From Patescibacteria group bacterium (GTDB lineage: Bacteria; Patescibacteriota; Microgenomatia; UBA1400; PJMF01), in assembly GCA_049322575.1 (NCBI GenBank), contig JBMORQ010000027.1, positions 87,081 through 151,080 on the forward strand: a stretch of 64,000 nucleotides of DNA, read 5' to 3'. The notes below the pieces were generated by a model. It saw only the letters and a list, made by a program, of their open reading frames with translations. It did no database searches and was not told where the DNA came from. Of this stretch, positions 11,090 to 20,935 are shown in pieces (positions within the stretch are counted from its first letter, which is position 1; each line of letters starts with the position of its first letter). The translations under genes and the position numbers were made by a program.

Positions 11090-12385
11090 CTACCTCCAAA
11101 ACGAAAACGGCCAATAAATTGAGTTAGCCAAGGACGCCGACACCACACCACCGGTCCAATGTGGCCAATACAATAAAAACGTACATATGAGACCAACAAT
11201 TAGCAAACTGATAACTTTTTTTGATAGAAACTGATTAATCACCAGCGAGGTCAACATCAGCAAAAAGAGATTTGCTGGTAGAAAATGGTAATAAAAAATA
11301 ATTCTTGGAGAAAAAAACCATGGGCACCAGTTGAAAAAAAACAAAACTGCCAAATAGCAATAAAAGACTTTCTCTTGACGGTTGAACTTCTCTGGAAAAA
11401 ATCGAGAAAATACTTGCCACTTTCGGTAGGTGATTATTCTTTTGAGCTGCCAGAAAACTACACCAATAGTTAACACGACTAACACAGGATTTCCAAGTAA
11501 ATAAATATTTTGCACACTGCCTGCATTTACTTCACCTCTCCAAAACCAAACTGGCCGTAAGTTAAACAGCCACTGCCAAGGTTGCGATTGATATGCATGT
11601 AAACCATCGCGGTTGAACTGATAATTAATGATTTGCCGATGTAATTCAAAGAAATGATCGAAGTTTTTCTGCTGTAAGAGCATCGGTGTGTATGACAAAA
11701 CGTAAATAAAAACTGGAACCAGCGTTAAAGAGAAAACTAAATAGGGAAAGGACTCTCCAATCGTTCGTTTTCTAAGCTCTCTTATTACTTCGATTAATAA
11801 AACAGCCAAAATCACTAAAAGAGCAGACCATTTAGTCGCTAGGGCCAAACCTAAGAAAATTCCCGTCGCTAAAATCCTTTTTCTTGAAAACTTAAAACCA
11901 GAAAAATAAATCATCAAACTGATCAATGAAAAAAACATCAGGAAAATATCGTTCATAGCAATCCGCGACTCAACCAAGCTCAAACCATCAACTGCCACCA
12001 AAAACGATGCCAATAAGCCCGACCATCTCCTTTTTGTGAGTTTTCCAACCAACAATCCAGTTAGTAATATCACTCCGCAACCGAAAAAAGCTGAAAAAAA
12101 CCTCCAGCCAAAGGGATTATTACCAAAAATTAAAATAGAAACTGCTTGAAAATATTTAGCGAGAGGAGGATGCAGCCAATCGTGATTGCTTGTTCCATAA
12201 ATCTCAGAGTGCCACCATTCAAAAGCCCGTTCATCCCCCTGAGAAATTAATAGTGCAGCAGGGACGTGGTAAACCTCGTCGAAATACATCTCGTTAGGAT
12301 GGCTAAGGCGATAAAACCTAGATAGAACCACAAAGATCGCCAACAAAAACACCAAAATAAAAAAAATCCGGTTCGATTTATTCAT
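11090..12385 (-). CDS. GT39-family (PMT-like) phospholipid-carrier-dependent glycosyltransferase. The ORF-track start at 12397 is the alternative to 12385.
   Basis: Loop-1 motifs YFDEVYH and HPPLAKY typical of the protein O-mannosyltransferase / GT39 family. Multiple TM helices. Confidence 0.7.
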   Translation of the reverse strand: MNKSNRIFFILVFLLAIFVVLSRFYRLSHPNEMYFDEVYHVPAALLISQGDERAFEWWHSEIYGTSNHDWLHPPLAKYFQAVSILIFGNNPFGWRFFSAFFGCGVILLTGLLVGKLTKRRWSGLLASFLVAVDGLSLVESRIAMNDIFLMFFSLISLMIYFSGFKFSRKRILATGIFLGLALATKWSALLVILAVLLIEVIRELRKRTIGESFPYLVFSLTLVPVFIYVLSYTPMLLQQKNFDHFFELHRQIINYQFNRDGLHAYQSQPWQWLFNLRPVWFWRGEVNAGSVQNIYLLGNPVLVVLTIGVVFWQLKRIITYRKWQVFSRFFPEKFNRQEKVFYCYLAVLFFFNWCPWFFSPRIIFYYHFLPANLFLLMLTSLVINQFLSKKVISLLIVGLICTFLLYWPHWTGGVVSASLANSIYWPFSFWR

Positions 12386-13073
12386 TTTGCACAACACTGC
12401 GTCTAATCAATTCGGCAAAATTTGTCGCATCCAAGGACGCACCTCCCACCAAAACCCCTCGGGAAACTAGCAAATATTGGTTGACATTGTCTGCATTGAC
12501 ACTACCACCATAGATAAAATCTACTTCACCACACACTGCATACAAACGATCTTTAAAAGAGGTAACTTCAGAAATCGATGCGTTGTCACCAGAACCTATT
12601 GCTGACAACGGTTCATAGGCAACTACACACTCAGGTAATAGCTCTTTTTTTATTGCTCTAGACTGGGTCATTAAATATGGCTCATCCAGGCACAAGACTG
12701 GCTTAATGTTGGCCAAACACGCCATCTCAACTTTATTTGCGATCAGATGATCCGTCTCGAGAAAATAGCGCCGCCTTTCAGAATGACCCAATATGGCATA
12801 TTCAACCCTTAGACCGTGTAAATTACCAGCAGCTACTTCTCCGGTATAAGAACCGGTGGGCATGGGACTGAGATCCTGAACAGCTAATTTAATCGGCAAG
12901 GCCAACTCATCAATCTTTTGCCTTGCTATACTGAGTAAATTGAAAGGGGGAGCCACAACTACCTCAACCTGATCGACATCAAAATTGGCTAAACGCGCAA
13001 ACTTCTCAAACCAAGCTGAAGTAGAAACCTCATCTTTATTAGCCTTCCAGTTTCCGATAATGAGTTTTTTCAT
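12378..13073 (-). CDS. tpiA: Triosephosphate isomerase
   Basis: NWKAN near the N-terminus, active-site AYEPLSAIGSG (TIM signature), and GGSV near the C-terminus. Confidence 0.9.
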   Translation of the reverse strand: MKKLIIGNWKANKDEVSTSAWFEKFARLANFDVDQVEVVVAPPFNLLSIARQKIDELALPIKLAVQDLSPMPTGSYTGEVAAGNLHGLRVEYAILGHSERRRYFLETDHLIANKVEMACLANIKPVLCLDEPYLMTQSRAIKKELLPECVVAYEPLSAIGSGDNASISEVTSFKDRLYAVCGEVDFIYGGSVNADNVNQYLLVSRGVLVGGASLDATNFAELIRRSVVQNE

Positions 13074-13157
13074 AGGCCGACCGTCTTTGATTGACTGATA
13101 TCTTATCCTAACACGGAAACCGTGCTAGTATGAGGGGCTAAACGGAAAATAAGCCAA

Positions 13158-15089
13158 GTGCAAAACATACTAGAAAATCTCAACGATCAACAAAAGTTAG
13201 CCGTCACTCATAACTCTGGTCCGGCTGTGGTTTTAGCGGGAGCCGGTAGTGGCAAAACCAAGGTTCTAACTACCAGAGTTGCCTGGTTACTTGCAGAACA
13301 TAGTTGTTCACCTGAGAATATCCTTCTGGTTACTTTTACCAATAAAGCGGCCAAAGAAATGAATGACCGAGTTCTCAAGCTAACTGGACAGCAACTTAGC
13401 TTTTCCGGAACTTTCCACAGCCTCTCCGCAAGAATTTTGCGTCGCGAAGCACCGAGAGTTGGCTTGAGTCACAGTTTTTCTATCTATGATGCCAACGACC
13501 AATTAAGCTTGATCAAACAAATCTATAAACAATCTTCGTTTGATACCAAACGCTATAAACCTCAAGTTATCAAAAATATTATCTCCCAAGCGAAAAACGA
13601 AATGCTTAGCTGGCAAGAATATGAAAAACTTGCCTCAGATCACTTCCAGGAATTCACCGCTAAGGTCTATAAAATCTACGACCATCAGCTAAGGCTGCAA
13701 AACGCCGTTGATTTTGATGACCTATTACTACTAACTGTCCAAGTTTTAGAACGCAATAAAGACGTTTTGGAAAGATATCAAAGTCAGATTCATCACGTCC
13801 TGGTTGATGAGTATCAGGATACAAATAAAGCTCAATATCAGCTAACCAACCTACTGACAAAACCTCACGACAACTTATACGTGGTGGGCGATTTTTCTCA
13901 AAGCATCTACGCCTGGAGAGGAGCAGATTATCGCAATCTCTCCAACCTTAAAAATGACTTTCCAGATATGAGGGAGTATCGACTTGAGCAAAATTACCGC
14001 TCGACACAGACTATCCTCAGTGCTGCTAGCCAATTGATTGTTGGCAATACCACTCATCCTGTGTTGAATCTTTGGACAAACCAATCCAGCAACGATGACA
14101 AAATCACCGTCATTGAAGGAGAAGACGATCGCGATGAAGCCAATCAAGTGGCTGATCAAATTGAGTTGAATCACATCGGCTATCCCTATTCGGCTATGGC
14201 CATTCTGTATCGCACCAACGCTCAATCACGCGCTTTTGAAGAAGTCTTTGTCAGAAGAGGTATACCCTATCAAATAGTGGGTGGTACGAAATTCTACGAG
14301 AGAAAGGAAATCAAGGATCTTTTGGCATATCTAAGACTGGTAGTAAACCATCAAGATACAGTTAGTTTGGAAAGGGTGGAAAAGATCGGCAAACGCAAAC
14401 TTAACAGCTTCCTTACTTGGAAAGAGAAACAAAAAAACCTTGAGCAACAAACACCTTATCAAATTCTTGAAACAATTCTCAGTGTCACCAATTACAAAGA
14501 CATTTTTGACAAAAATGATCCCCAAGATGAGGCTCGGCTCGACAACATTGAAGAATTACTCAATGTAGCCCACCAATTTGATGACACAACAACTTTCCTA
14601 GAAAATGTAGCCCTAATTCAAGACGACCAAATGCTCGATGTAGAAAATGAGCGTCAGAACAATGGTGTGACTTTAATGAGTCTTCACTCAGCCAAAGGAT
14701 TGGAGTTCCCGGTGGTGTTTATCGTTGGTATGGAAGAGGGTTTGCTTCCCCACTCGCGCTCAATTTGGAACAAGGAAGAAACGGAAGAGGAGAGAAGGCT
14801 TTGTTACGTTGGCATCACTAGAGCCAAAGAAAAACTATATTTTTCTCATGCTCGTAAACGCTGGCAATATGGAAATGGTAACTACACCTCTCGTAGTCGT
14901 TTTATTAACGAAATATCAGATGATTTACTCTTGGATCCAAGCAATGGTAGTTGGTCCAAGTTGGGAGCGCGTTTTCCAACGAAAACAATCTCAATTTCTG
15001 CTAGCGGTCGTAGACTTGTCCCAGATGACGACACACTCGATGCTCTTCTCAATGATGAGCTTGATATCGAAACTTTTTTGCGGAGCTAA
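13158..15089 (+). CDS. uvrD: ATP-dependent DNA helicase UvrD/PcrA family (SF1)
   Basis: Walker A AGAGSGKTKVL, motif II VLVDEYQDTN, motif III GDFSQSIYAWRGA, and LEQNYRST. Confidence 0.9.
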   Translation: MQNILENLNDQQKLAVTHNSGPAVVLAGAGSGKTKVLTTRVAWLLAEHSCSPENILLVTFTNKAAKEMNDRVLKLTGQQLSFSGTFHSLSARILRREAPRVGLSHSFSIYDANDQLSLIKQIYKQSSFDTKRYKPQVIKNIISQAKNEMLSWQEYEKLASDHFQEFTAKVYKIYDHQLRLQNAVDFDDLLLLTVQVLERNKDVLERYQSQIHHVLVDEYQDTNKAQYQLTNLLTKPHDNLYVVGDFSQSIYAWRGADYRNLSNLKNDFPDMREYRLEQNYRSTQTILSAASQLIVGNTTHPVLNLWTNQSSNDDKITVIEGEDDRDEANQVADQIELNHIGYPYSAMAILYRTNAQSRAFEEVFVRRGIPYQIVGGTKFYERKEIKDLLAYLRLVVNHQDTVSLERVEKIGKRKLNSFLTWKEKQKNLEQQTPYQILETILSVTNYKDIFDKNDPQDEARLDNIEELLNVAHQFDDTTTFLENVALIQDDQMLDVENERQNNGVTLMSLHSAKGLEFPVVFIVGMEEGLLPHSRSIWNKEETEEERRLCYVGITRAKEKLYFSHARKRWQYGNGNYTSRSRFINEISDDLLLDPSNGSWSKLGARFPTKTISISASGRRLVPDDDTLDALLNDELDIETFLRS

Positions 15090-15090
15090 A

Positions 15091-15168
15091 TTAGACTTGT
15101 GGCGAAATAAAATTTCGTAGTACTTAAAAGCAGCTTTGTAATAAAAGCGCTATTTCGCTACAAGTCTA
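15091..15168. repeat. Short (78 bp) copy C of the MITE-like repeat, with near-perfect 18-bp terminal inverted repeats
   Basis: Left tagacttgtggcgaaata at 15092-15109. Right tatttcgctacaagtcta at 15150-15167 (17 of 18 complementary). Starts 2 nt after the uvrD stop. Confidence 0.75.
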
Positions 15169-15322
15169 GTGTACAAAACCAGCTAGCACCTCCGTTTTCC
15201 ACTGCGAAAGCCTCTTTAGCAGAAAATCCAACATTAAAAAAACCTTAAACTCTCCTAACTGCACCTTGGCGTAAACAAAAGACAAGTCTAGAATATCAGA
15301 AAAGTAAAATTCCGAGTCCAAA

Positions 15323-16354
15323 ATGCTTATTAGATCAATCCGAGAAGACGAAAAGCATCTTCATAATCGAGTTGTGGGCCATCCACTACAAACTTGGGAA
15401 TGGGGTGATTTCCGCAAAACTACTGGAACTAAAGTCGAAAGAGTTGGCTGTTTCAAGGATGGCGTAATTCAGCACGCTCTACAAGTTACTTTCCATCGAT
15501 TACCAATCCTAGACAAAACAGTTGGCTACTTCCCCAAAGGTTTCCTGCCTAACGAGAATCAAATTGCTGCTCTCAAGCAATTGGCAGAAAAACATAATGC
15601 TTTGTTCATTAAACTTGAGCCAAACGTCCCAAGTCCGGTTGGGGAGAGCGCCGACAACCAGATTATTAAAAAATTCTTAGCAGAAAACGATTGCGTACCA
15701 GGCAGGCCACTCTTCACAAAGTATAGCTTTATACTCGACCTCACACCTGATGAAGAGACGCTTTTTAGCAATCTTCAGAGTAAAACTCGGTATAACATCA
15801 GACTTGCCTCCAAGAAAGGAGTGCAGATCTTTGAAAACTCTACTGCCGAAGGCATGGAGGAGTATGTCAAAATTCTTGAGGAAACTACTAAGCGTCAGGG
15901 TTTCTATGCTCATTCACCAGAATATTTCCGCAAAATGTGGCAAAGTCTTAGTCCAACCGGCATGATAAGGATATTTCAGGCGATTTATCAAGGAGAAATC
16001 CTGGCCTCTTGGATAATGTTTGTCCACAACCAGACTCTTTATTATCCCTACGGTGCTTCGAGAAGCATTCATCGTGAGGTTATGGCGAGTAACTTGATGA
16101 TGTGGGAGATGATTCGTTTTGGCAAGGCCATGGGTTGTACCAGTTTCGACATGTGGGGTTCATTGGGACCAGATCCAGATCCCAAAGATCCATGGTACGG
16201 TTTCCATCGTTTTAAGCAAGGATACAATGGTGTTTTGGTGGAATTTATTGGCTCCTACGATTTGGTAGTCAACCAACCACTTTACCAAATCTTTAGAATT
16301 GCTGAGAATCTTCGCTGGACAATTTTGAAGATTGCAGCAAGATTTAGAAAATAA
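15323..16354 (+). CDS. FemAB-family peptidyltransferase (peptidoglycan interpeptide bridge formation, FemX-like)
   Basis: LQTWEWGDFRK near the N-terminus and YYPYGAS in the acyltransferase core, both matching FemX/FemAB patterns. Confidence 0.75.
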   Translation: MLIRSIREDEKHLHNRVVGHPLQTWEWGDFRKTTGTKVERVGCFKDGVIQHALQVTFHRLPILDKTVGYFPKGFLPNENQIAALKQLAEKHNALFIKLEPNVPSPVGESADNQIIKKFLAENDCVPGRPLFTKYSFILDLTPDEETLFSNLQSKTRYNIRLASKKGVQIFENSTAEGMEEYVKILEETTKRQGFYAHSPEYFRKMWQSLSPTGMIRIFQAIYQGEILASWIMFVHNQTLYYPYGASRSIHREVMASNLMMWEMIRFGKAMGCTSFDMWGSLGPDPDPKDPWYGFHRFKQGYNGVLVEFIGSYDLVVNQPLYQIFRIAENLRWTILKIAARFRK

Positions 16355-16355
16355 A

Positions 16356-16380
16356 AGTTGCCTCAGGGCAACTTTTTTTG
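16356..16380 (+). terminator. Rho-independent terminator after the FemAB-family gene
   Basis: Stem agttgcc, loop tcag, stem ggcaact, followed by ttttttt. Confidence 0.65.
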
Positions 16381-16449
16381 TATATCAAGTAAAAAAGTAG
16401 AAAAATGCCGAGGTGACTTTCACGTAGGCTTCGATATTGAAAGGAAAAA

Positions 16450-17190
16450 ATGCCCAATCGTCGTTACAAACGCATCATGTTGAAAGTCGGAGGCGAATCG
16501 CTCATAGGTGACCGAGAATACGGCATTGACCCATCAGCGGCTAAACAAGTAGCTGAAAAAATCAAAGCGATTTATATCAAAAACGTCCAAGTTGCCATTG
16601 TCATTGGCGGCGGTAACATTTTCCGAGGTCTCTCTGGTTCAGCTAATGGTATTGACCGAGCAACAGCCGATTACATGGGCATGCTTGCAACTGTTATGAA
16701 TGGCTTGGCCCTTCAAGACGCTCTTGAACAAATAAATGTACCTAGCCGTATTCAGTCGGCCCTGCAAATGCCAGCTGTTGCCGAGAGTTTTGTGCGTCGT
16801 CGTGCCATGCGACACATGGAAAAAGGACGCGTGGTAATTTTAGCAGCAGGCACAGGCGTACCATACGTCACAACCGACACCGGAGCAGCGTTGCATGCAC
16901 TCGAACTTCATTGCGATGTCCTGATGAAAGCAACCAAAGTTGATGGTATTTACGAAAAAGACCCAATGAAAGATCCAAAGGCTCGTAAGTTTAAAACCAT
17001 GAACTACAAACAAGCGATCGAGATGGAAGATGTCCAAGTTATGGACACGGCCGCTTTAGCCATGGCTCGAGATAACAACATGCCTTTACAAGTCTTCAAA
17101 CTTTTTGAGGGCGACAATCTCGAAAGAGCAGTTTCCGGTGAAGATGTTGGTACTTACGTCAGCAACGACGTTGAAACAGAACTGACCTAA
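16450..17190 (+). CDS. pyrH: UMP kinase
   Basis: MLKVGGESL, GGGNIFRG, DTAALAM. Confidence 0.9.
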   Translation: MPNRRYKRIMLKVGGESLIGDREYGIDPSAAKQVAEKIKAIYIKNVQVAIVIGGGNIFRGLSGSANGIDRATADYMGMLATVMNGLALQDALEQINVPSRIQSALQMPAVAESFVRRRAMRHMEKGRVVILAAGTGVPYVTTDTGAALHALELHCDVLMKATKVDGIYEKDPMKDPKARKFKTMNYKQAIEMEDVQVMDTAALAMARDNNMPLQVFKLFEGDNLERAVSGEDVGTYVSNDVETELT

Positions 17191-17320
17191 TTTACAACTG
17201 CATATTGTGCGGTCTAAGTCGAGTCGACTATACTGTTTTAGTCAAAATTTCGACGTCAACTTAGTAGGGAATCCCTTGCTGAGTTGGCTTTGTTGAGAAA
17301 GAATAAAAGAAAGCCTGCCT

Positions 17321-18877
17321 ATGAACACTCGAGTGAGATCAATGCTCATCAAATACGGCGTTCTGCCAACTGATGATCAAAAAAAAGCCGATCAAGTCGA
17401 TCAAGTCGATCAAGTCGAAAAATCTATTCCTGATGAACTTAGCTATTCTGAGCCCATGTCGGGCTCGCTGTCAGAACCACAACCAAATCAGTTAAACCCG
17501 ACCGCTGAGGATCGAGATCAACTTAGAGATCCTTTATCATCAAGTAATTCAACCGACAATGACGAGTCAGATCCTATAGACTCACTAAAAAGATATCTGG
17601 ATGAACTCCAAGCTCAAACCAGAGATTTGAACGATAAAAACAACAGCCAGGAGATAGCCCAAAAAGATCAAACAGACCCAGTTGGTGATAACGAGCAGCC
17701 AGAAGAAATCCTTGGCTATTCAACCTACCCCCGAGCGCTGGGGTATGACTATCCAAAAACCGAAACCGACACTGACTCAGCAGATAAAATGGTCACTAAC
17801 ACCACTGATCAGCGAGAAGAAGCCAACAACTCAACAACCAAAATTTTTGGCATCAACGGTTTTGGACGCATTGGACGCACTGCTTTACGTGCCTGGTGGC
17901 TGTTTTATCGAGATAAGTTTGAGCTAAAGCTTATTAATACCTCTGGTTCCATGAACTTAGCAGATTGGGTCCATCTAGTTAAGTATGACTCAAATTATGG
18001 ACCCTTCCAACAAGAGATCGAGATTTTCGAGCAACAAACAAAAGATGAAGTTTCGGACGAAAACCCTGTTTTAGGAACGATTAAACTCGATAATCACGAA
18101 ATTGTGGTTACTGCTCAGCGTGATCCAAAAAAAATCCCCTGGGGCAAATACCAAGTCGAAGTGGTCCTTGAATCCACTGGGGCCTTTACCTCTCGAGAAA
18201 AGGCCATGCAACATCTTGAGGGTGGTGCCGAAAAAGTCATCATCTCGGCTCCGTCAAAGGGAGAAGGCGTTAGCACTTCTGTTATTGGCGTCAACCAATT
18301 TGATCCAAGCAACCAGATTCTCTCCAATGCCTCCTGCACTACCAACTGTGTTGCACCAGTGACTCAAGTCATGGTTGAAAAATTTGGCGTTGAAAAAGCC
18401 ATGCTCTCGACCATTCATTCCTACACTGATGATCAGAACACCCAAGACAACTCACACAAAGATCTGCGACGAGCTCGAAGTGCAGCCGAGAATATTGTCC
18501 CTACCTCAACCGGTGCCGCTATCGCCACTACACAAATCATTCCTGAATTAGAGGGTGTCTTTGATGGTCTAGCAATGCGTGTTCCAACATCGACCGGATC
18601 ACTTTCTGATATGGTTTTTCTCACCAAAAGAGCCACAACCGTTGAGGAAGTCAATAAAGCCCTAATTGAGGCCTCAGAAAATCCTCGTTGGCAAGGAATT
18701 CTGGCTACCACCAACGACCCAATCGTCTCATCCGACATTATTGGCAGACGCGAATCGTCGATCGTTGATTTAGACCTAACAAGAGTCGTAGGTGGCAATT
18801 TAGTAAAAATTATCAGTTGGTACGATAACGAATGGGGATACTGCAACCGCTTGCTTGAACAAATCGCTAGAACTTAA
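17321..18877 (+). CDS. gap: Glyceraldehyde-3-phosphate dehydrogenase with an N-terminal extension of about 170 aa (acidic, low-complexity). The catalytic core starts near 17837.
   Basis: KIFGINGFGRIGR (NAD-binding) and ASCTTNCVAPV (active-site Cys). The extension contains a DQVDQVDQV triplet encoded by a 9-bp tandem repeat. Confidence 0.85.
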   Translation: MNTRVRSMLIKYGVLPTDDQKKADQVDQVDQVEKSIPDELSYSEPMSGSLSEPQPNQLNPTAEDRDQLRDPLSSSNSTDNDESDPIDSLKRYLDELQAQTRDLNDKNNSQEIAQKDQTDPVGDNEQPEEILGYSTYPRALGYDYPKTETDTDSADKMVTNTTDQREEANNSTTKIFGINGFGRIGRTALRAWWLFYRDKFELKLINTSGSMNLADWVHLVKYDSNYGPFQQEIEIFEQQTKDEVSDENPVLGTIKLDNHEIVVTAQRDPKKIPWGKYQVEVVLESTGAFTSREKAMQHLEGGAEKVIISAPSKGEGVSTSVIGVNQFDPSNQILSNASCTTNCVAPVTQVMVEKFGVEKAMLSTIHSYTDDQNTQDNSHKDLRRARSAAENIVPTSTGAAIATTQIIPELEGVFDGLAMRVPTSTGSLSDMVFLTKRATTVEEVNKALIEASENPRWQGILATTNDPIVSSDIIGRRESSIVDLDLTRVVGGNLVKIISWYDNEWGYCNRLLEQIART

Positions 18878-18939
18878 CTTTAAGGACTTGAGTCAAAAAT
18901 AGTGGATCTGCCTCTTGTGTTGTAGGATATAATTGTCAA

Positions 18940-19914
18940 ATGACAAAAACCAAAAATGACAAAGCCAACGAAAAAGATAATCAATCGCTCATCGCCCCTA
19001 ACAGCAAAGTTAACATTACCATTGAGGCCAATTTAGCGGAAAAAACCTACCAAAAAATCCTCAACCGCTTGTCGAAACAGGTAAAAATTCCAGGATTCCG
19101 TAAAGGTATTGTCCCAGGTTCTCTGGCCGAACAAGCTATCGGTCCAGCTAAGATTCTTGAGGAATCATTACGTCAACTGCTCCCGTCAGCATATACCGAA
19201 GCCATTAATAAGGAAAAAAAATCACCCCTTTCTTCTCCAGAATTTCATCCCATCAGCTTGGAAAAAGGCAAAGATTGGGTCATCGAGGCGCAGTTTGCCG
19301 AGAAACCGGAATTTAAGCTAGGAAACTATAAAAAAACCTCTCAAGAAGCCAGGAAAGAGGCTGAAAAAGAAATCAAGAAGATCTTAGCTGAGGCCGAAAA
19401 GGCTGAACAAGAAAAGCTCAAAACAGCAAAGAAAGCCAAGGGAGAAAAACCACAGGGTGCCGATCATCACGATCACTCCCATAAACCAAGTGAGGAACAA
19501 CTCAAAGAAATCCGCCTACAACATATTTTCCGCGCCTTGGCCACTACAATCAAGCCGACAATTCCTGAACTGCTAATTAGAGAAGAAGTACAGCGTGAAT
19601 TCCAAAATCTTCAAGACAGCCTTAAGCGCTTTAACCTTGAACTTGACTCTTATCTAGAAAATCGCAAGATAACTCAGGAACAACTAGCGAATGAGCTAGC
19701 TGCACAAGCTCTCGGCCGACTACAACTAGATTTCATTTTAGGGGCAATCGCCCTGGAAGCAAAAGTTGAGGCTACTGATGAGGAGATTAATCAACATATC
19801 AGCAAAATTGCCGATGAAAAACTTAGAGAGTCGATGAAAAAAGACCAACACTACCGCAGTCACATCAGAGCAATGGTAATACGCGATAAAGTTGTTACGC
19901 ATCTGCTTGACTAA
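18940..19914 (+). CDS. tig: Trigger factor, short form lacking a recognisable FKBP/PPIase domain
   Basis: Ribosome-binding signature VKIPGFRKGIVP (GFRxGxxP). Helical C-terminal domain. 324 aa, versus about 430 for canonical trigger factor. Confidence 0.7.
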   Translation: MTKTKNDKANEKDNQSLIAPNSKVNITIEANLAEKTYQKILNRLSKQVKIPGFRKGIVPGSLAEQAIGPAKILEESLRQLLPSAYTEAINKEKKSPLSSPEFHPISLEKGKDWVIEAQFAEKPEFKLGNYKKTSQEARKEAEKEIKKILAEAEKAEQEKLKTAKKAKGEKPQGADHHDHSHKPSEEQLKEIRLQHIFRALATTIKPTIPELLIREEVQREFQNLQDSLKRFNLELDSYLENRKITQEQLANELAAQALGRLQLDFILGAIALEAKVEATDEEINQHISKIADEKLRESMKKDQHYRSHIRAMVIRDKVVTHLLD

Positions 19915-19973
19915 AAATGCTATAATAGTCCTATAGTATAGGTAAAAACGTTTTTGCCTCTGCTTTTGTATCT

Positions 19974-20645
19974 ATGAACGGTTTAAACAGTCTCGGACCA
20001 GCTAAACCCAAACAAAATCATCAAAATACCGCCATCAACCCCTTTGCCCAAGCATTGGCAGAAACAGAGCGGCACTCTTCTGGTGGGGTCAATAATCAAA
20101 ACCGGAATCACGATCCACTCCAAGAGACCATGGCCCAAGCGGGTTCTTCCCTTGCCAACTTTAACCAGGCAAATCAGTTTGATAATTCTGAATTACTTGC
20201 CCAACAACAGAAAGAGATGGCAGACAAAGCCAAAAAGGAACAACTTCGCCGTAAACTCCACGAGCAAGTTAATCCAGTGGATCAAAAAGCTGTCTTTGAC
20301 GCCAGAGAAAAACAAGTTAAAGAAGAAATCGACAAAATCCGCCAAGAACTCAAGATGTTAGCTGTTGAAGTCTCAGAATTTCACCAAGAAATTGACTTAA
20401 GTTTAATGGCCCCTGTTTCTAATCCAGGTCAAGAAGGCAAGTACTACTTAAACTTTTTCCATCAGTTACGCGCCTTTATCATGCTTCTCCGCCAAAAAAT
20501 CCATAGCGCCCGCACCTGGGCCAAACAAATGAATCAAAAGAAAAAACGTAAAAAGGGTCCAGGAGCAATGTTTATGCCCGCCGAGACCAAAGCCGTCCAC
20601 GATAACATGCATCATGAACGTTCCAGCGCTCATAGCGGAAATTAG
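19974..20645 (+). CDS. Hypothetical coiled-coil protein. Gln/Asn-rich N-terminus and basic C-terminus.
   Basis: ORF only. A KEEIDKIRQELKMLAVEVSEF heptad-like segment. No motif I recognise. Confidence 0.45.
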   Translation: MNGLNSLGPAKPKQNHQNTAINPFAQALAETERHSSGGVNNQNRNHDPLQETMAQAGSSLANFNQANQFDNSELLAQQQKEMADKAKKEQLRRKLHEQVNPVDQKAVFDAREKQVKEEIDKIRQELKMLAVEVSEFHQEIDLSLMAPVSNPGQEGKYYLNFFHQLRAFIMLLRQKIHSARTWAKQMNQKKKRKKGPGAMFMPAETKAVHDNMHHERSSAHSGN

Positions 20646-20739
20646 ACTTGCTACAAAATTAAGTTTTGCGGTGAGATTTTGATTTTGCAACAGCAACTCA
20701 ACCAAGCTTTTGTTTTTTTGCCGTTAAGCCGTTTTTTTG

Positions 20740-20813
20740 TGAGCTCGAGGGGACTCGAACCTCTGACCTCTTCGATGTCAACGAAGCGCTCTAACCAACT
20801 GAGCTACGAGCTC
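20740..20813 (-). tRNA. tRNA-Val (anticodon GAC)
   Basis: Minus-strand read GAGCTCG-TA-GCTCAGTTGGTTAGAGC-GCTTCG-TTGACAT-CGAAG-AGGTC-AGAGGTTCGAGTCCCCT-CGAGCTC-A. It has a 7-bp acceptor stem, a GTTCGAGTC T-loop and anticodon-loop TTGACAT. CCA is not encoded. Confidence 0.85.
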
Positions 20814-20935
20814 GCTCACAAAGTGTAATTATACCAATTAATTCCAGTTATACAAAAGGCAATCCGAGTGTTATAATTCTGGTTCGTGCCTCACAGATAA
20901 CAGGGGAAACTCTATTAGTTTATCTCGGCCAATTA

